Shown here: positions 22,441 to 34,998 of the stretch, piece after piece
Numbering within the stretch: position 1 is the stretch's first letter
Layout: every line of letters starts with the position of its first letter
NCBI RefSeq assembly: GCF_963921235.1
Contig: NC_086097.1
Location: forward strand, 61,444,001 to 61,504,000
Length of the DNA stretch: 60,000 nt
Reading direction: 5' to 3'
Source of the DNA: Mobula hypostoma
Taxonomy: Eukaryota
Notes under the pieces: generated by a model
Told to the model about the DNA's origin: nothing
What the model saw: the letters and a program-made list of their open reading frames with translations, nothing else
Database searches by the model: none
Program-made: the position numbers and the translations under genes

Positions 22441-24599
22441 AAATCTTAAGTTTTCCTCAAGTGTGTGACTACATTTCTTGCGGAAAACAAGACACGAACA
22501 TCCGTTTTTTTTCAATAAGTGAAAACAAGCTGGCAAAAGCCTACAGTCCAGACTACATTTAGCTGACCCAGTTAAAGAGGGTGTCAACCTTGAGCTGTGC
22601 TCACTCCTACTATCTGGTAATCATTCTGGAGTCCTTTCAACATAATGCAATTTGTAAAAACAAAGTGATGCACACATTATATCATGGCTTGACCTAACCT
22701 GATAAAACACTTTAAGATGGTCAGTCCATCTAAGGATTTTACAAGGAGTGTTTTCTAGAGTCACACAGAAGATTTACAATGGATCTGGTTTTATTTTATC
22801 AGGAAGGTTTTCCCACCCCTGTCAAATTCACTCATTTCAATAAAACGTATAGCCTGTTTCTATGTGTTTCGCTCTTTGAAAATAAACTTTAGATATGTAA
22901 ATTGCTTTGTAAGCTGTCTTAATTTTTGCATTTGCCAACTCTCCTGTCATGGAGACTAAGCTTAAAAAAAATGAAACCTTTCAAATGGAGCCCTCATGTA
23001 TTGAAATTAGTTCGGTCTGTTGATGCCGTTACCCCAGGAAATGAATTAATGATTTAAACTCAAAGCCTTAGGAGACCAGCTGTCTATAAAGTCATTCTGA
23101 TATCTGATGGCTGTTAGAAAAGCTGTCACTGTAGTTTTCAGTATATGAATATATTTTCTTTTGCACTTTGTGTATCTTCAGTCATTTGAAGTTTAATCAT
23201 TTTCTACACTATTATAAAAAAGAAATAGATTTTCCATTCACTTTGAATCTTGAGGTAAAATCTCAACAATGCACAATCATATGTCCTATTCAAGGTATAA
23301 ATTAAACAATGTATCCTTTTTATACTCTGATTTGAATTTGAAGCTCAGCCAGTTAAAAGGAAAGTGCTTTAAACACTTTGTTAACATATTTATAACAGCA
23401 AGCCCTCCAATGTATTTTCATCCCTGGATTTATAACCCAATCTCTTTTTTAAATGTGAGTTGATACAAAACAGCTAATAGCTGGGACTTCTTGGGGAAGT
23501 ACTGGTTGTTAGTTATAAGGGCCACAGTGCATTTCAGCTTCAACACATACATAGCCAAACAGGGATGTCTGATGTGAAGAGCAGAATTCCCAGTTTGTAG
23601 TGGAACTAGGGGGCAGGCGGTACCCTAGGTTTGATTCCTTCGACTTTCTTTCTGTTAGGAGGCCAGGTCACCTTGTTGGACACCTGCCAGATGCTAGCTT
23701 GTTCATACCTTGTATAGAACATAGAACAGTATGAGACCTTGGGCCCACGATAATGTGCCAACCTTTTAACCTACTCCAAGCTCAAATTAACCATTCCCTT
23801 CCATATAGTTCTCTATTTTTCTTTTATCCATGATCCCAGCCATGTTTACTTTAATCTAGCCCAGTAGAAATAGATGTTATTTCTCTTTCACAAAATCTTC
23901 AAGGTCCACTTCAAAAAGCTATTCTGAATATTGACTAGGCATTAGCTTGATAATGCTAAATCTCTCACAGTGACCAGAAACTGAGAAGTTATTTCCCCAG
24001 CAGCACACTTAACCAGCTCAATGTTTCAAGTACTATTTAAGACTAAACAAGCATTCCTATTTGACTATTATTTGAAAACATGATACATCTTTCAGAACAA
24101 AACAAAATGCAAATAGAATCTTCATCATATGTTAGAATCTTTAGCCTGGTAAAGAAACTTTCAATATCTGATAATTAATGTTTTTTTTCTCCTAAGGGTT
24201 TTAGTACTTAAGTCATATGAGCAATTAAGTGCAATTAATTTTGCTATATATGTTGGCAAAAGAAATTATATACTTATCATTGAGTTGGATTGTGTCCCTC
24301 ATGCTAATTGAAGATAGCTTTGCAAGCTAGCCAGGAACTAATGTAGATTCATTTTAGATCATGCATTATCAATTCAGCCAGGAAGAACAGATATCCATCC
24401 CATGTGCCTGGACATGTTTTACACCATATACAAGCATACGGTATCACCAGGCCTTCTCTCAAGAATTGCAACGTAGTTCATTAAAAAGTGTAACTGTGGA
24501 CCATATGGCACAAATAAGACTGGAGAAACAAATGATCAAAGTGGTACAAGTTTTTAAAGCTTCTTCAGGAATTGGAGCTAATTGTAGCCAAATCAAATA

Positions 24600-25415
24600 C
24601 AGTGGATTCCCAGTAAATGGGACACATCACGACCAGTACATTTTGGCCCAATTAAGTGGCTGTCCTAATTAGCTGAAGTTTCATGGAAATAGTTAAAAGC
24701 AAGTATAAAAAAGGCAAACTACTGTTTAACTGAGTACTAAAATATGTATTTATATAAAATACAGAGCAAAATAGAATACTAACAATTCTACTATAGTTCT
24801 ATAAAACTGTGTATTTGTTCCTAGTTGTTATCAATGGAGGAATTCATCCGGTGTACCTGCACACTTCTGCATTCCTTTGTTTGACTGTAAGCACAGCAGA
24901 CACCCGGTGTAGATAATGGTCTGCTTTCATACAATGTTATCGACGAATGGGTCTTCCAATCTTTATTTTCATTGTAACATTCAAGATGATTGTTGATACC
25001 TTCAAGTTGTATGTAGTTCCTAACTTGTTGAAGTAGTGAAATCGTTTCACCTTCACTCTTTGCCATTTCTGGAAACTCCAAGCTGGAGTGCTTGAAACTG
25101 CAGTTGTGAATCATCTTGTGAGTTATTACTCGCCAAGTATTTGTGACAAAAATCACTGTTTTTTGAACGCATATGCATGCAACGCTGTTTAAAACGGTTC
25201 TCTCTAAGCATTGTGTAGTGTCTAATGGCCAATTGTGTGCATGTGTCTGATGCTGATTAGAAATTGTTTGGTAACAATCTACTGCCCCAATTAAGTGGCA
25301 CAGTGTCCCAAATAAACAAAGGGAATCCCAGAATTTTCTCAATTTTTTTCTTTAAGTATTAAACAATAAGCGGCTGCCCTGATCAACTGATGGTCCAATT
25401 AACTGGAATCCACTG
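24600..25415 (-). mobile_element. Tigger/pogo-type DNA transposon, internally deleted (816 bp)
   Basis: TIRs CAGTGGATTCC...GGAATCCACTG are flanked by TA (24598-24599 and 25416-25417). A minus-strand transposase remnant reads VTNTWRVITHKMIHNCSFKH, and CCAATTAAGTGGC is repeated subterminally. Confidence 0.9.
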
Positions 25416-25753
25416 TATAATGATTGTAAACGCACAAGGTATTTGAGTAACATGCTGGTTTGTCTTATCTTAAGTCATATTCCATTCCAGTAAGTGCATG
25501 ACGTCAAGTACATCATGACTCAGCATTAGCTGTGTTTATTTATCAGGTAGTTGAGAATTCAGAAAATTGTGGATTTTATTCGCAAAACACGAGCATTTCA
25601 AAGCATGTTGCATTGAACTTAAGTGTAATGGACTACATTTGTGTGGAGGTTAAACCTGTTTCTATATTGTGATTTGCCTAACGATTAGATATGCAGAAAC
25701 TAGTTCAAGGTTTATTGAAGATGATTGTGTTTTAAATTTTTTAAAAATTTAAA

Positions 25754-26981
25754 ACATAGAACATAGAAAGCATGCAGCACAATACAGGCCCTTTGGCCCA
25801 CAATGTTGTGCCGAAGCTGTACGTACTTTAGAAATTACCTAGGGTTACCCATAGCCCTCTATTTTTCTAAGCTCCATGTACCTGTCTAGGAGTATCTTGA
25901 AAGACCCGATCATATCCACCTCCACCACCGTTGCCGGCAGCCCATTCCATGCACTCACTACTCTCTGTGGGGGGGAAAAAAACTTACCCCTGACATCCCC
26001 TCTGTACCTACTTCCAAGCACCTTAAAACTGTGCCCTCTCATGTTAGCCATTTCAGCCCTGGGAAAAAGTCTCTGACTATCCACACGATCAATGCCTCTC
26101 ATCTTCTTATACAGCTCTATCAGGTCACCTGTCATCCTCCATCGCTCGTAGGAGGAAAGCCCAAGTTCACTCAACCTATTCTCGTAAGGCAATCTCCCCA
26201 ATCCAGGCAACATCCTTGTAAATTTCCTCTGTACCCTTTCTATAGTTTCCACATCCTTGAGTACAGTACTCCAAGTGGGGTCTAACCAGGGTTCTATACA
26301 ACTGTAACATTAGCACTTGGCTCTTGAACTCAATCCCATGGTTGATGAAGGCCAATGCACTGTATGCCTTCTTAACCACAGGGTCAAGCTGTGCAGTAGC
26401 TTTGAGTGTCCTATAGACACGGACCCCAAGATCCCTCTGATCCTCCATACTGCCAAGAGTCTATTCTATTAATACTATATCCTACCATCATACTTGACCT
26501 ACCAAAATGAGCCACTTCAAACTTATCTGGGTTGAACTCCATCTGCCACTTCTCAACCCAGTTTTGCATCCTATCGATGTCCTGCTGTAACCTCTGACAG
26601 CCCTCCACACTATCCACAACACCCCCAACCTTTGTATCATTTGCATATTTACTAACCCATCCCTCCACTTCCTCACCCAGGTCATTTATGAAAATCACGA
26701 AGAGAAGAGGTCCCAGAACAGATCCTTGAGGCACTCCACTGGTCATCAACCCCCATGCAGAATATCACCCATCTACAACCACACTTTGCCTTCTGTGAGC
26801 AAGCCAATTCTGGATCCACAAAGAAAGATCCCCTTGGATCCCATACCTCTTTACTTTCTGAATAAGCCTTGCATGGGATACCTTATCAAATGCCTTGCTG
26901 AAATCCAGATACACTACATCTACTGCTCTTCCTTCATCAATGTGTTTAGTCACAACCTCAAAAAATTCAATCAGGCTCGTA
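25754..26981 (-). mobile_element. CR1 LINE, 5'-truncated (RT core to 3' tail)
   Basis: Motifs VDVVYLDFSKAFDKV, TSGVPQGSVLGPLLFVIFINDL...YANDTK and ERVQRKFTRMLPG, with an (ACATAGA)n-type tail. Confidence 0.93.
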
Positions 26982-28339
26982 AATGATTATACAATCATTT
27001 GATTGTATAAATTTGAAATGTTGAAATCACAAAAAAAAATGTCCACATGATTGCAGAGAGGCCAACTCATGGGGCATTGACTGCCACTCTAAATTGGCCC
27101 CTCTGCCTGCTTCGCATCAGGGGAAAAACTGAAAACTGGCAGCATAGCTCATGTTATTCGTCAAGAAGTCAGTAAATAATGAGTAAAGGAATTAAATATC
27201 ACTTGCATTTGTTAACCAGATCAGACAACATGTCTGAAGGGAAATCTAGCAGGTGCTGTATGTCTGAAATTATTCTTCTACACTGGCAGTCATATCCTCA
27301 ATAAGTTCCAGCAGAATTTGAAAACCATATGGTATTACCTCATGATATCAGAATGTAGTCTGCCATGAGTTAAAGCCATGTCCTGTTTTGAAAGAGGGCA
27401 GCACAAGCATTCCCAGAAAGGCATGCATCAGAGTTTAACATCTGGGGGCTTCTGCAATTGTTTGCTTGTCTCGCCCTCTTCCCAATGATATCTCTTTCTC
27501 ACACAATAGAGGAAAATGAGTAATAATTTGAAAATCCTCTTCCATCTTCACCTATATTTTCCTTTGAGTGATAACTTTATGTTCCAGATCCTTAAATACT
27601 GTGAACATGCAGGGGAATGTGGATGGCTGTGCATACACTACAGCACTATTAAAGTTGCACAAGCATTTACACCCTACACAGATTAGAGATCTGAGTGGAT
27701 TCCCATGTAGGAGTGTACTTGGCCTAACTGAGTAGGAACATTGATAGGACAGCTAGTTGGTGAAGGATGTCTAAGCCATCTTGGTCTGTGGCAGAGAACA
27801 TGCTTACTTCACAGATCTAGCTGTTGTAAAGGACCTTGCTGATTTGGCCTTCCTGGAGCTCGGACACATCCAGCTCCAATACATAGAATCCACATCATGA
27901 ATTCAGCTGCAGAGCCTATGATCCTATGACAATAGAAACTGTTGGAGGCTTTGACGTCAGCTGTGTTGGCACTGAAGTCCCGCATTCCTGTTTTGTTTCA
28001 ATATTGAAGGGCAGCATTGAAACTGTCTCCCTCCTGCACACTTTCTTTGGGACAAATCATTCGGAAATTTGAAGAGTTTCCTGAGGGAATTAAATGCCAT
28101 CCTGTGCCCTGGTTGGTGCCAGGGAGAAGGTAGATACTGCACTTTTGCACAAGAGATATTGATGGTTCAATATGCTCAACGGCTGACAAATATAGAATAC
28201 TGAGTATCACTATCAATAGTTAATTTTTTTTGAAATGCTATTTGTCTTAATATTAGTCATACAAGTTCTCAGCTTAAATATTGGAAAAGCAAAATAAATA
28301 TTGGCTATGAAGATTGTCTGAGGCTTGGTTTTTCTCCAA

Positions 28340-28620
28340 CAGCTCGTTATGTCTATACTGCATGTCTGTGGAAGGTTATGAGTATTGATGTGTGTAGTTC
28401 AGCTCTCTTCAGCTCCTCAGAAAGTTGAGGCATGCTGAGCTTCCTTGATTGTATAGGATGTGTTCTAGGACCATGCGAGGTACTGCCAGGAGTTTGAAAC
28501 TGATCACAGTTTCCACTGCTCTACCACTCTTGTAGAGAAGTTGATAATCATCTCTGTTGTTTTGTTGACATTGAGGAAGATATTATTTGCCTGATAGTTG
28601 CAATTTAGGCACCTTTTCAG
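28340..28620 (-). mobile_element. Old Rex1/Babar-like LINE fragment
   Basis: ttttgttgacattgagg on + reads LNVNK on the minus strand, and upstream is a .VETV..FKLL-like stretch. Highly decayed. Confidence 0.45.
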
Positions 28621-28879
28621 ACAGCAACCCAGAGTAGTTCATTGAGTTTGTCATTGGTGTTTCTACCTTTGGGCAAGGGTGAGACTGCCATTGTGCTGGG
28701 CGTTGTCTGAGCCTCATGGCTAATGCATACTTTTCTTTTGAATGACTCTATTGGATATGCTTCCTGTAGAATCATTATTTGTTTGCTTTAAAACTTACAT
28801 TCTATCATTGTATTTTCCCTGTTATGCCTTTATATTGACAAAGGGTCCTGATGAACTCTTTGGTTCATCAGTTGGCGGG

Positions 28880-31830
28880 GGGGGGGGCGTTCGCAGGGGG
28901 AGGGGGTTGTGGACCACGGTGAAAGAACTCAGGGTAGGACGGATGGTAAAAAACAAACAAAGATAGCGTGCAGTCAGACTGTCAGGAAGGGCAGGTAGAT
29001 GATGGGACATAATTGTAGCCAGCAGGGTGAGTATCAATGTATTAGGAATGCAGAATCAAAAAAGGGTAGCAAATACAGTACTCAAAGTGTTATATCTCAA
29101 CGCATGGAGTATTAGAAGTAAAGTGGATGATCTTGTTGCACTATTACAGATTTTCAGGTATGAATTGTGGCTGCAGGATGGTTGTAGTTGGAAGCTGAAT
29201 GTCTAAGGTTACAATTGTATCGGAGGGATAGAGGGGTAGGCAGAGGGGGTGGCGTGGCTCTGCTAGTAAAGAATGGCATCAAATCATTAGAAAGATATGA
29301 CATAGGATTGGAAGATGTTGAATCCTTGTGGGTTAAGTTAAGAAACTGCAAGGGTAAGAGGACCTTGACAGCAGTTATATACAGGCCTTCCAACAGTGGC
29401 TGGGATGTGGACCACAGAATACAGAGGAAATAGGAAAGACATATCAAAAGGCAATGTTATGGTAATCATGGGAGATTTCAACATGCATGTCGATTAGGAA
29501 AATCAGTTTGGTTATGGATCTCAAGCGAGTGAGTTTGTTGAATGTCTACGAGATGGCTTTTTAGAGCAGTTTGTCATTGAGCTTACAAGGGAATCAGCTA
29601 TACTGGATTGGGTGTTATGTAATGAATGAGATGTGGTTAGAGAGCTTAAGGTTAAAGAACCCTTATGAGACAGTGATCACAGTATGATTGAGTTCAATTT
29701 GAAATTTGATAGGGAGAAAGTAAAGTCTAATGTAGTAGTATTTTGGTGGAGCAATGGAAATTACAGCGGTATGAGAGAAGAGTTGGCCAAAGTTAATTGG
29801 AAGGAGGTGCTGATGAGAATGATAGCAGAGCAACAATGGTGTGCATTTCTAGGAAAAAATGAGGAAGGTGCAGAATAGGTGTATTCCAAAAACAAAGAAA
29901 TAGTAGAACTGTGGCTGACAAGGGAAGTTAAAGCAAAAGAAAGGGCATGCAACAAAGCAAAAAATAGTGAGAAGATAGAGTATTGGGAAGTTTTTAAAAA
30001 CCTACAGAGAACATCTGAAAATATCATTATAACAAAAAAGATGAAATATGAAAGCATGCTAGCAAATAATACCAAAGTGGATAGTAAAAATTTGTTCCAA
30101 GTATCTTAAAAATAAAAGAGAAATGAGAGTGGATATAGGACTGCTAGAAAATGAGGCAGGAGAAATAATAATGGGGGATGAGGAGATGGCTGATGAACTA
30201 AATAAATGCTTTGCGTCAGTGTTCACTGTGGAAGACACTAGCAGAGTGCCTGATTTTGTGTGTGGAGGAAGAGGAGTGGGTGCTATTACTGTTACAAGAG
30301 TAAAGGTGCTCAAAAAGCTGAAAGACCTAAGGGTATATAAGAAACTGCACCCTCGGGTTCTGAAAGAGGCAGCGGTTAGAGATTATGGTGGCATTAGAAA
30401 TGACCTTTCAAAAATCATTGGACTCTGTGTGGTGCAAGAGGACTGACAAATTGCAAATGTCACTCCACTCTTTAAGAAAGGAGGAAGGCAGCAGAAAGAA
30501 AATTATAGGCCAGTTAGCCTGACCTCAGTGGTTGGGAAGATGTTAGAGTCAATAGTTAAGGATGAGGTGATGGAGTACTTGGTGACACAGGACAGGATAG
30601 TACAAAGTCAGCATGGTTTCCTTCAGGGAAAATCCTGCCTGACAAACCTGTTGGAATTCTTTGAGGAAATTACAAGTAGGATAGATTAAGGGGATGTAGT
30701 GGATATTGTGTATTTAGACTTTCAGAAGGCCTTTGACAAGCTGCCACACATAAGGCTGCTTACAAAGTTAAGAGCCCATGGTATTACAGGAACGTTTCTA
30801 ACATTGTTAGAGCATTGACTGTTTGGTAGGAGGCAGTGAGCAGGAATAAAAGGATCCTTGTTGACCGCCAGTGACTCGTAGTGTTCCGCAAGGATTGGTG
30901 TTGGGATTGCTTATTACGCTGTATATCAATGATTTAGATGATGGAATAAATGGCATTGTTGCCAAGTTTCCAGTTGATACAAAGCTTGGTGTATGGGCAG
31001 GTAGTGTTAAGGAAATAGGGAGGCTGCAGAAGGAATTAAACAGATTAGAACAGTGGCAAATGAAATACAATGTTGGAAAATGCATGATCATGTACTTTGG
31101 ATATGAAATAAATGTGCTGACTATTTTCTAAATAGAGAGAAAATCCAAAAATATGAGATACAAATGGACTTGGGAGTCCTTGTGTAGAATACCCGAAAAG
31201 CTAACTTGCAGGTAGAGCCGGTGATGAGGAGGACAAATGCAGTGTTAGCATTCATTTCTAGAGGTCTGGAATACAAGAGTAATGAAGCACTAGTGAGGCC
31301 TCACCTTGAGTATTGTGAACAGTTTGGGGTTCTTCATTTAAGAAAGGATGTGCTGACATTGGAGAGGGTTCAGAGGAGGTTCACAAGACTGAAAGGGTTA
31401 TCATATGAGGAATATTTGTACTCGCTGGAATTTAGAGGGTTTGTACTCGCTGGAATTGAGAGGGTTCTCATTGAAACCTGGCAAATGTTGAATGGTCTAG
31501 ACATAGGAGACGTGGAGAGGATGTTTCCCATGGTGGGGAATCTAGAACAAAAGGGCACAGCCCAGGATAAAAGGGTGTCCACTTAAAACAAAGATGCAAA
31601 GATTTTTCTTTAGCCAGAGGGTGGTGAATTACCACAAGCAGTTGCGGAGGCTGGATCGTTGGGTGTATTTAAGGCAGAGCTTGATAGGCTCTTGATTGGA
31701 CACGGCATCAAAGGTTTCTGGAGAAGGCCAGAGAGTGGGGCTGAGGAGCGAAAAAAATGGATCGGCCATAATTGAATGGCAGTGTGCACTCGATCGGCCA
31801 AATGGCCTAATTCTGCTCCTGCATCTATGG
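28880..31830 (+). mobile_element. CR1 LINE with a near-complete but decayed ORF2 (APE endonuclease plus RT) and 3'UTR
   Basis: Motifs LYLNAWSIRSKVDDL (about 29090), RRDRGVGRGGGVALLVK, SDH, NYRPVSLTS, QHGF, DFQKAFDK, PQGLVLG and RPHLEYC, with many stops. Confidence 0.92.
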
Positions 31831-31837
31831 ACTTGTG

Positions 31838-31963
31838 GTCCTGTGATGGGTCTCAGCCTGAAACATTATTTACTTTTTTCTTAGATGCCGCTTGGCCTGC
31901 TGAGTTCGTCCAGCATTTTGTGTGTGTTGCTTGGATTTCCAGCATCTGCAGATTTTCTCTTGT
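31838..31963 (+). mobile_element. Short Penelope pLTR 3' fragment with a hammerhead relic
   Basis: gtcCTGTGAtgggtctcagcctGAAAc...gatgccgcttggcctgctgagttcgtccagcattttgtgtg...ccagcatctgcaga matches 3625-3755. Confidence 0.75.
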
Positions 31964-34574
31964 TTATAGTTGATTTTGCTCTAGATAGAATCAATAGTGT
32001 GGCTAGCTTACTTGTCAGTCTTTGCATCATTACTGCCAGCTGCCAATTTCCTCCTCATTGGAAGTCTCCTCACTGACATATCACATTGAAATTATAATAT
32101 GCTGGTTATCATCCCATGATTTGTGTGGTATCCTGGTGAACACACCCTTAAATGCAACCACACGGTGAGTGTCTAAGGTGGCTGTCCACATAAAGCAATG
32201 ACTCTGCCATGCAGCTGTTGTTTTTTTGCTCCTCTTCCAAGCAGTAAGCCCTAATATTGCTTGTATTCCAGTTAGGAATGCAGACTAATGGGCAGCAGCA
32301 AGTAGACTGATGTTCATCTTGCCCCATATGTGTAGGAAAACATCTTTGTTCCTGTTCCCAAACCTCTTGCAATAAGGGCCAAGATGCCATTTGCCTTAAT
32401 TGCTTGCTGCATCTGGTGTAACGGGCACCCAATTCCTTTTGTAAATCCACTTCACAACTAACATCATTTAAGAATTACTCTGTCTTTCTGGTTCTAATTG
32501 TGAATTGCTAAATGCTTGAAAACTGGAATATATGACCTAGATTTTACCTGCATGTGAGGTCAATACAAAGAAGCTGTAGTGAGGCTGGAAACACCGAAAG
32601 GAATGAGTTTCACAAATGACAAATACCATGTAGAATTTCACTACAGGTCTTCTTTAACTGGGGTTCACACCCACAGCCATGATTGATTGAAACACTGGAA
32701 CTGATTCAAGAAAGAAGAGTACTTCGCAACAGAGAAGGTAGGTGTATTTGGGAATGAGAAATACAATATTGTAGTAATGACAGTGTGGGTGGGTCAACTT
32801 TTGCATTAAGGGTGGAGAAGTGATCACAGGTATGCCTTTCACAATGGCATGCCCTAACTGTGGGGTCTGGTGCAACACAGGAGGTAACGTTGACCATGAA
32901 GTGCAGTACTGGTTTGGGAAGTGGAGGGTAGATCCCTGAAGATGTTCATTTTTTTGGTGCCAGGAGAAAGCACCTTTCATTCTTCTAGCCTGCTATTTAC
33001 AAACTCTCATCTGCTTCTTGAGCTCTGTAGTTAAGATTAGAATCTATAATATGAAGATGGGCAGCTTTATAATAGTATTTAAATAGCAACTTGTTTCCCA
33101 TTTTCAGAATTCCACCCCCCCCCCCCACTGTGGTTGGAAAGATCAAATTCATTTACATTTTAATCCCCAATGCAGTTTCAAACCAGGCATCATAAGGAGC
33201 TAAAAATTTAATCATAAGTATCTGAATTAACATTTTTTTAAAACTTCAGAATTGAATCAGACAACTAATTTATTTAATAGTTTCTTAAGTTATATCCTGA
33301 GTAGCAGACCCAGCCTTGATATGATTCTGAACTAGCTGTGCTGTGACCTCACTATTTTACTAAATGCCCCTGAAATCATAGTTTCTTCTCACTTTCCCTT
33401 TGCATTATTCTTCATGTGTCTCAACAACATTGTTATTTCAGTGTTCTTTCTGTAATAATTTCATTCCATTCCTTTGTTGTGTCTTGTCTTTCTTCTACAA
33501 TTTTTTTTGTACAGCAATGAGTCTTAGATGCTGTTTTCTTTTTATTTTCTAGATTCATTTTAATATTTTTAACTTGGATTATATCAGCACTTATACATTT
33601 CATCACTTTCATGGTTTGTTGCAGTACCCCGGACACCATAGTGTTTATTACTGACTTGAGGTCTAAATAAGCTTAACCACATACACTTGAATGGTGATGA
33701 ATGTGATCTTAATTGGGTACATAGTAAATGGTACTAAATCAAGAATTTAGTCTAAAAGTAAATTTATTTTAGAGAGTACTATGGAGCTGTTTTTTATATC
33801 CTATGTTTATGTAAAGTATATCTAATCTTGCAAGGCTTTATGTAAGTTAAGGCAATTTCATGTATCTCCTGGACTCCTCGTCCTCTTGTACCTCTCTTTC
33901 CCTCCCTACAGTCCTATTTCCGGATCACTCACTCTGTTTCCTTATAGCACACGTTAGTAACTTTCCCAATAAATGTGTCTTAAAAGCATGGAGATATGTA
34001 AAGTTAAGTGCTCAAGTAAAGTAAAATAGAAAATAAATAATTCATTTGTAACTTATCACGTTAAGTTTCCTTCTTTGGTTTGCAACTTAGCAAAGTACAA
34101 GTTAATACACCAGAAGAGCAGAAGAAATTTGCGTATACCCTATGGTCCACAAGGCTATTCTTCCGTTCAGTATGATCATGGCTAATCTGATCTTTGGTAC
34201 CTGCCTCATTCACCTGGCTGATCTACAAATCCAGGAGAGTTCCCAGTATAATCAGTCCTCTCTTCTTGTTGATATTAAAAGGTTTGAGTAAGACTCCTGC
34301 TGTATTGCCACAGGCATTGTTACACTAAATAAACTATGGACATTTACCTCTGCCTTCTATCTCAGTGCACTTGTTGACTACCACATGGTTGATCCAGTAG
34401 CTAGAGCTGTACCTGTATTGGTTAATATAAGGATAATAAAATGTGGAAGTATTATTCCTGGAAGAAGACAATGGAGTGAAAAGAATCTTCACAAATCAGC
34501 ATGTCATTCATGGAGATACAAATGAATGTGGTAGGTAAATGAATGTGTGAACTGTTGCACAGTTAGAGTACACA

Positions 34575-34998
34575 ACCTCTCAGTCAGAGGTTTGAGGGGT
34601 TTCAGTTCCACTGAAGATCCACCAGAAAAAACTAAAGGTTAAAATTGTACAGTGACAACAAAATGTAATGTTGTCCATGATAGCATCTTTGGATGAGGCA
34701 TCAAAGTAACATTCCTTCTGCCCCCTTGTAATGTAACATAAAGCAGAGCTAGAAGAGTTCTCCTGAGTCCTAACTGATATTTATCCTTTTGTTACTCAAT
34801 AATAGTCAGTGTCACTAGTAAGTAGAAATCAGCATTAAAGTGGGCTCCTTGCTTTACATATTATGACCTTCCCATATGTAGAACCTTGTGTTGGCTGCTG
34901 TGTTTCCTAACATCCTAACAGTGACTGCACCTAAGAATCTTTCTTCAGCAGCAAAGTACTTTGGAATGAACTGAAGTTGTAAATGGTGCTATATAAAT
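34575..34998 (+). mobile_element. Ancient DeuSINE (SacSINE1/AmnSINE1-related)
   Basis: Deu-domain-like ggatgaggcatcaaa...gagttctcctgagtcctaactgatatttatcc...ttggctgctgtgtttccta...aacagtgactgcac, with the tail aaagtactttgga...ggtgctatataaat. Confidence 0.7.
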
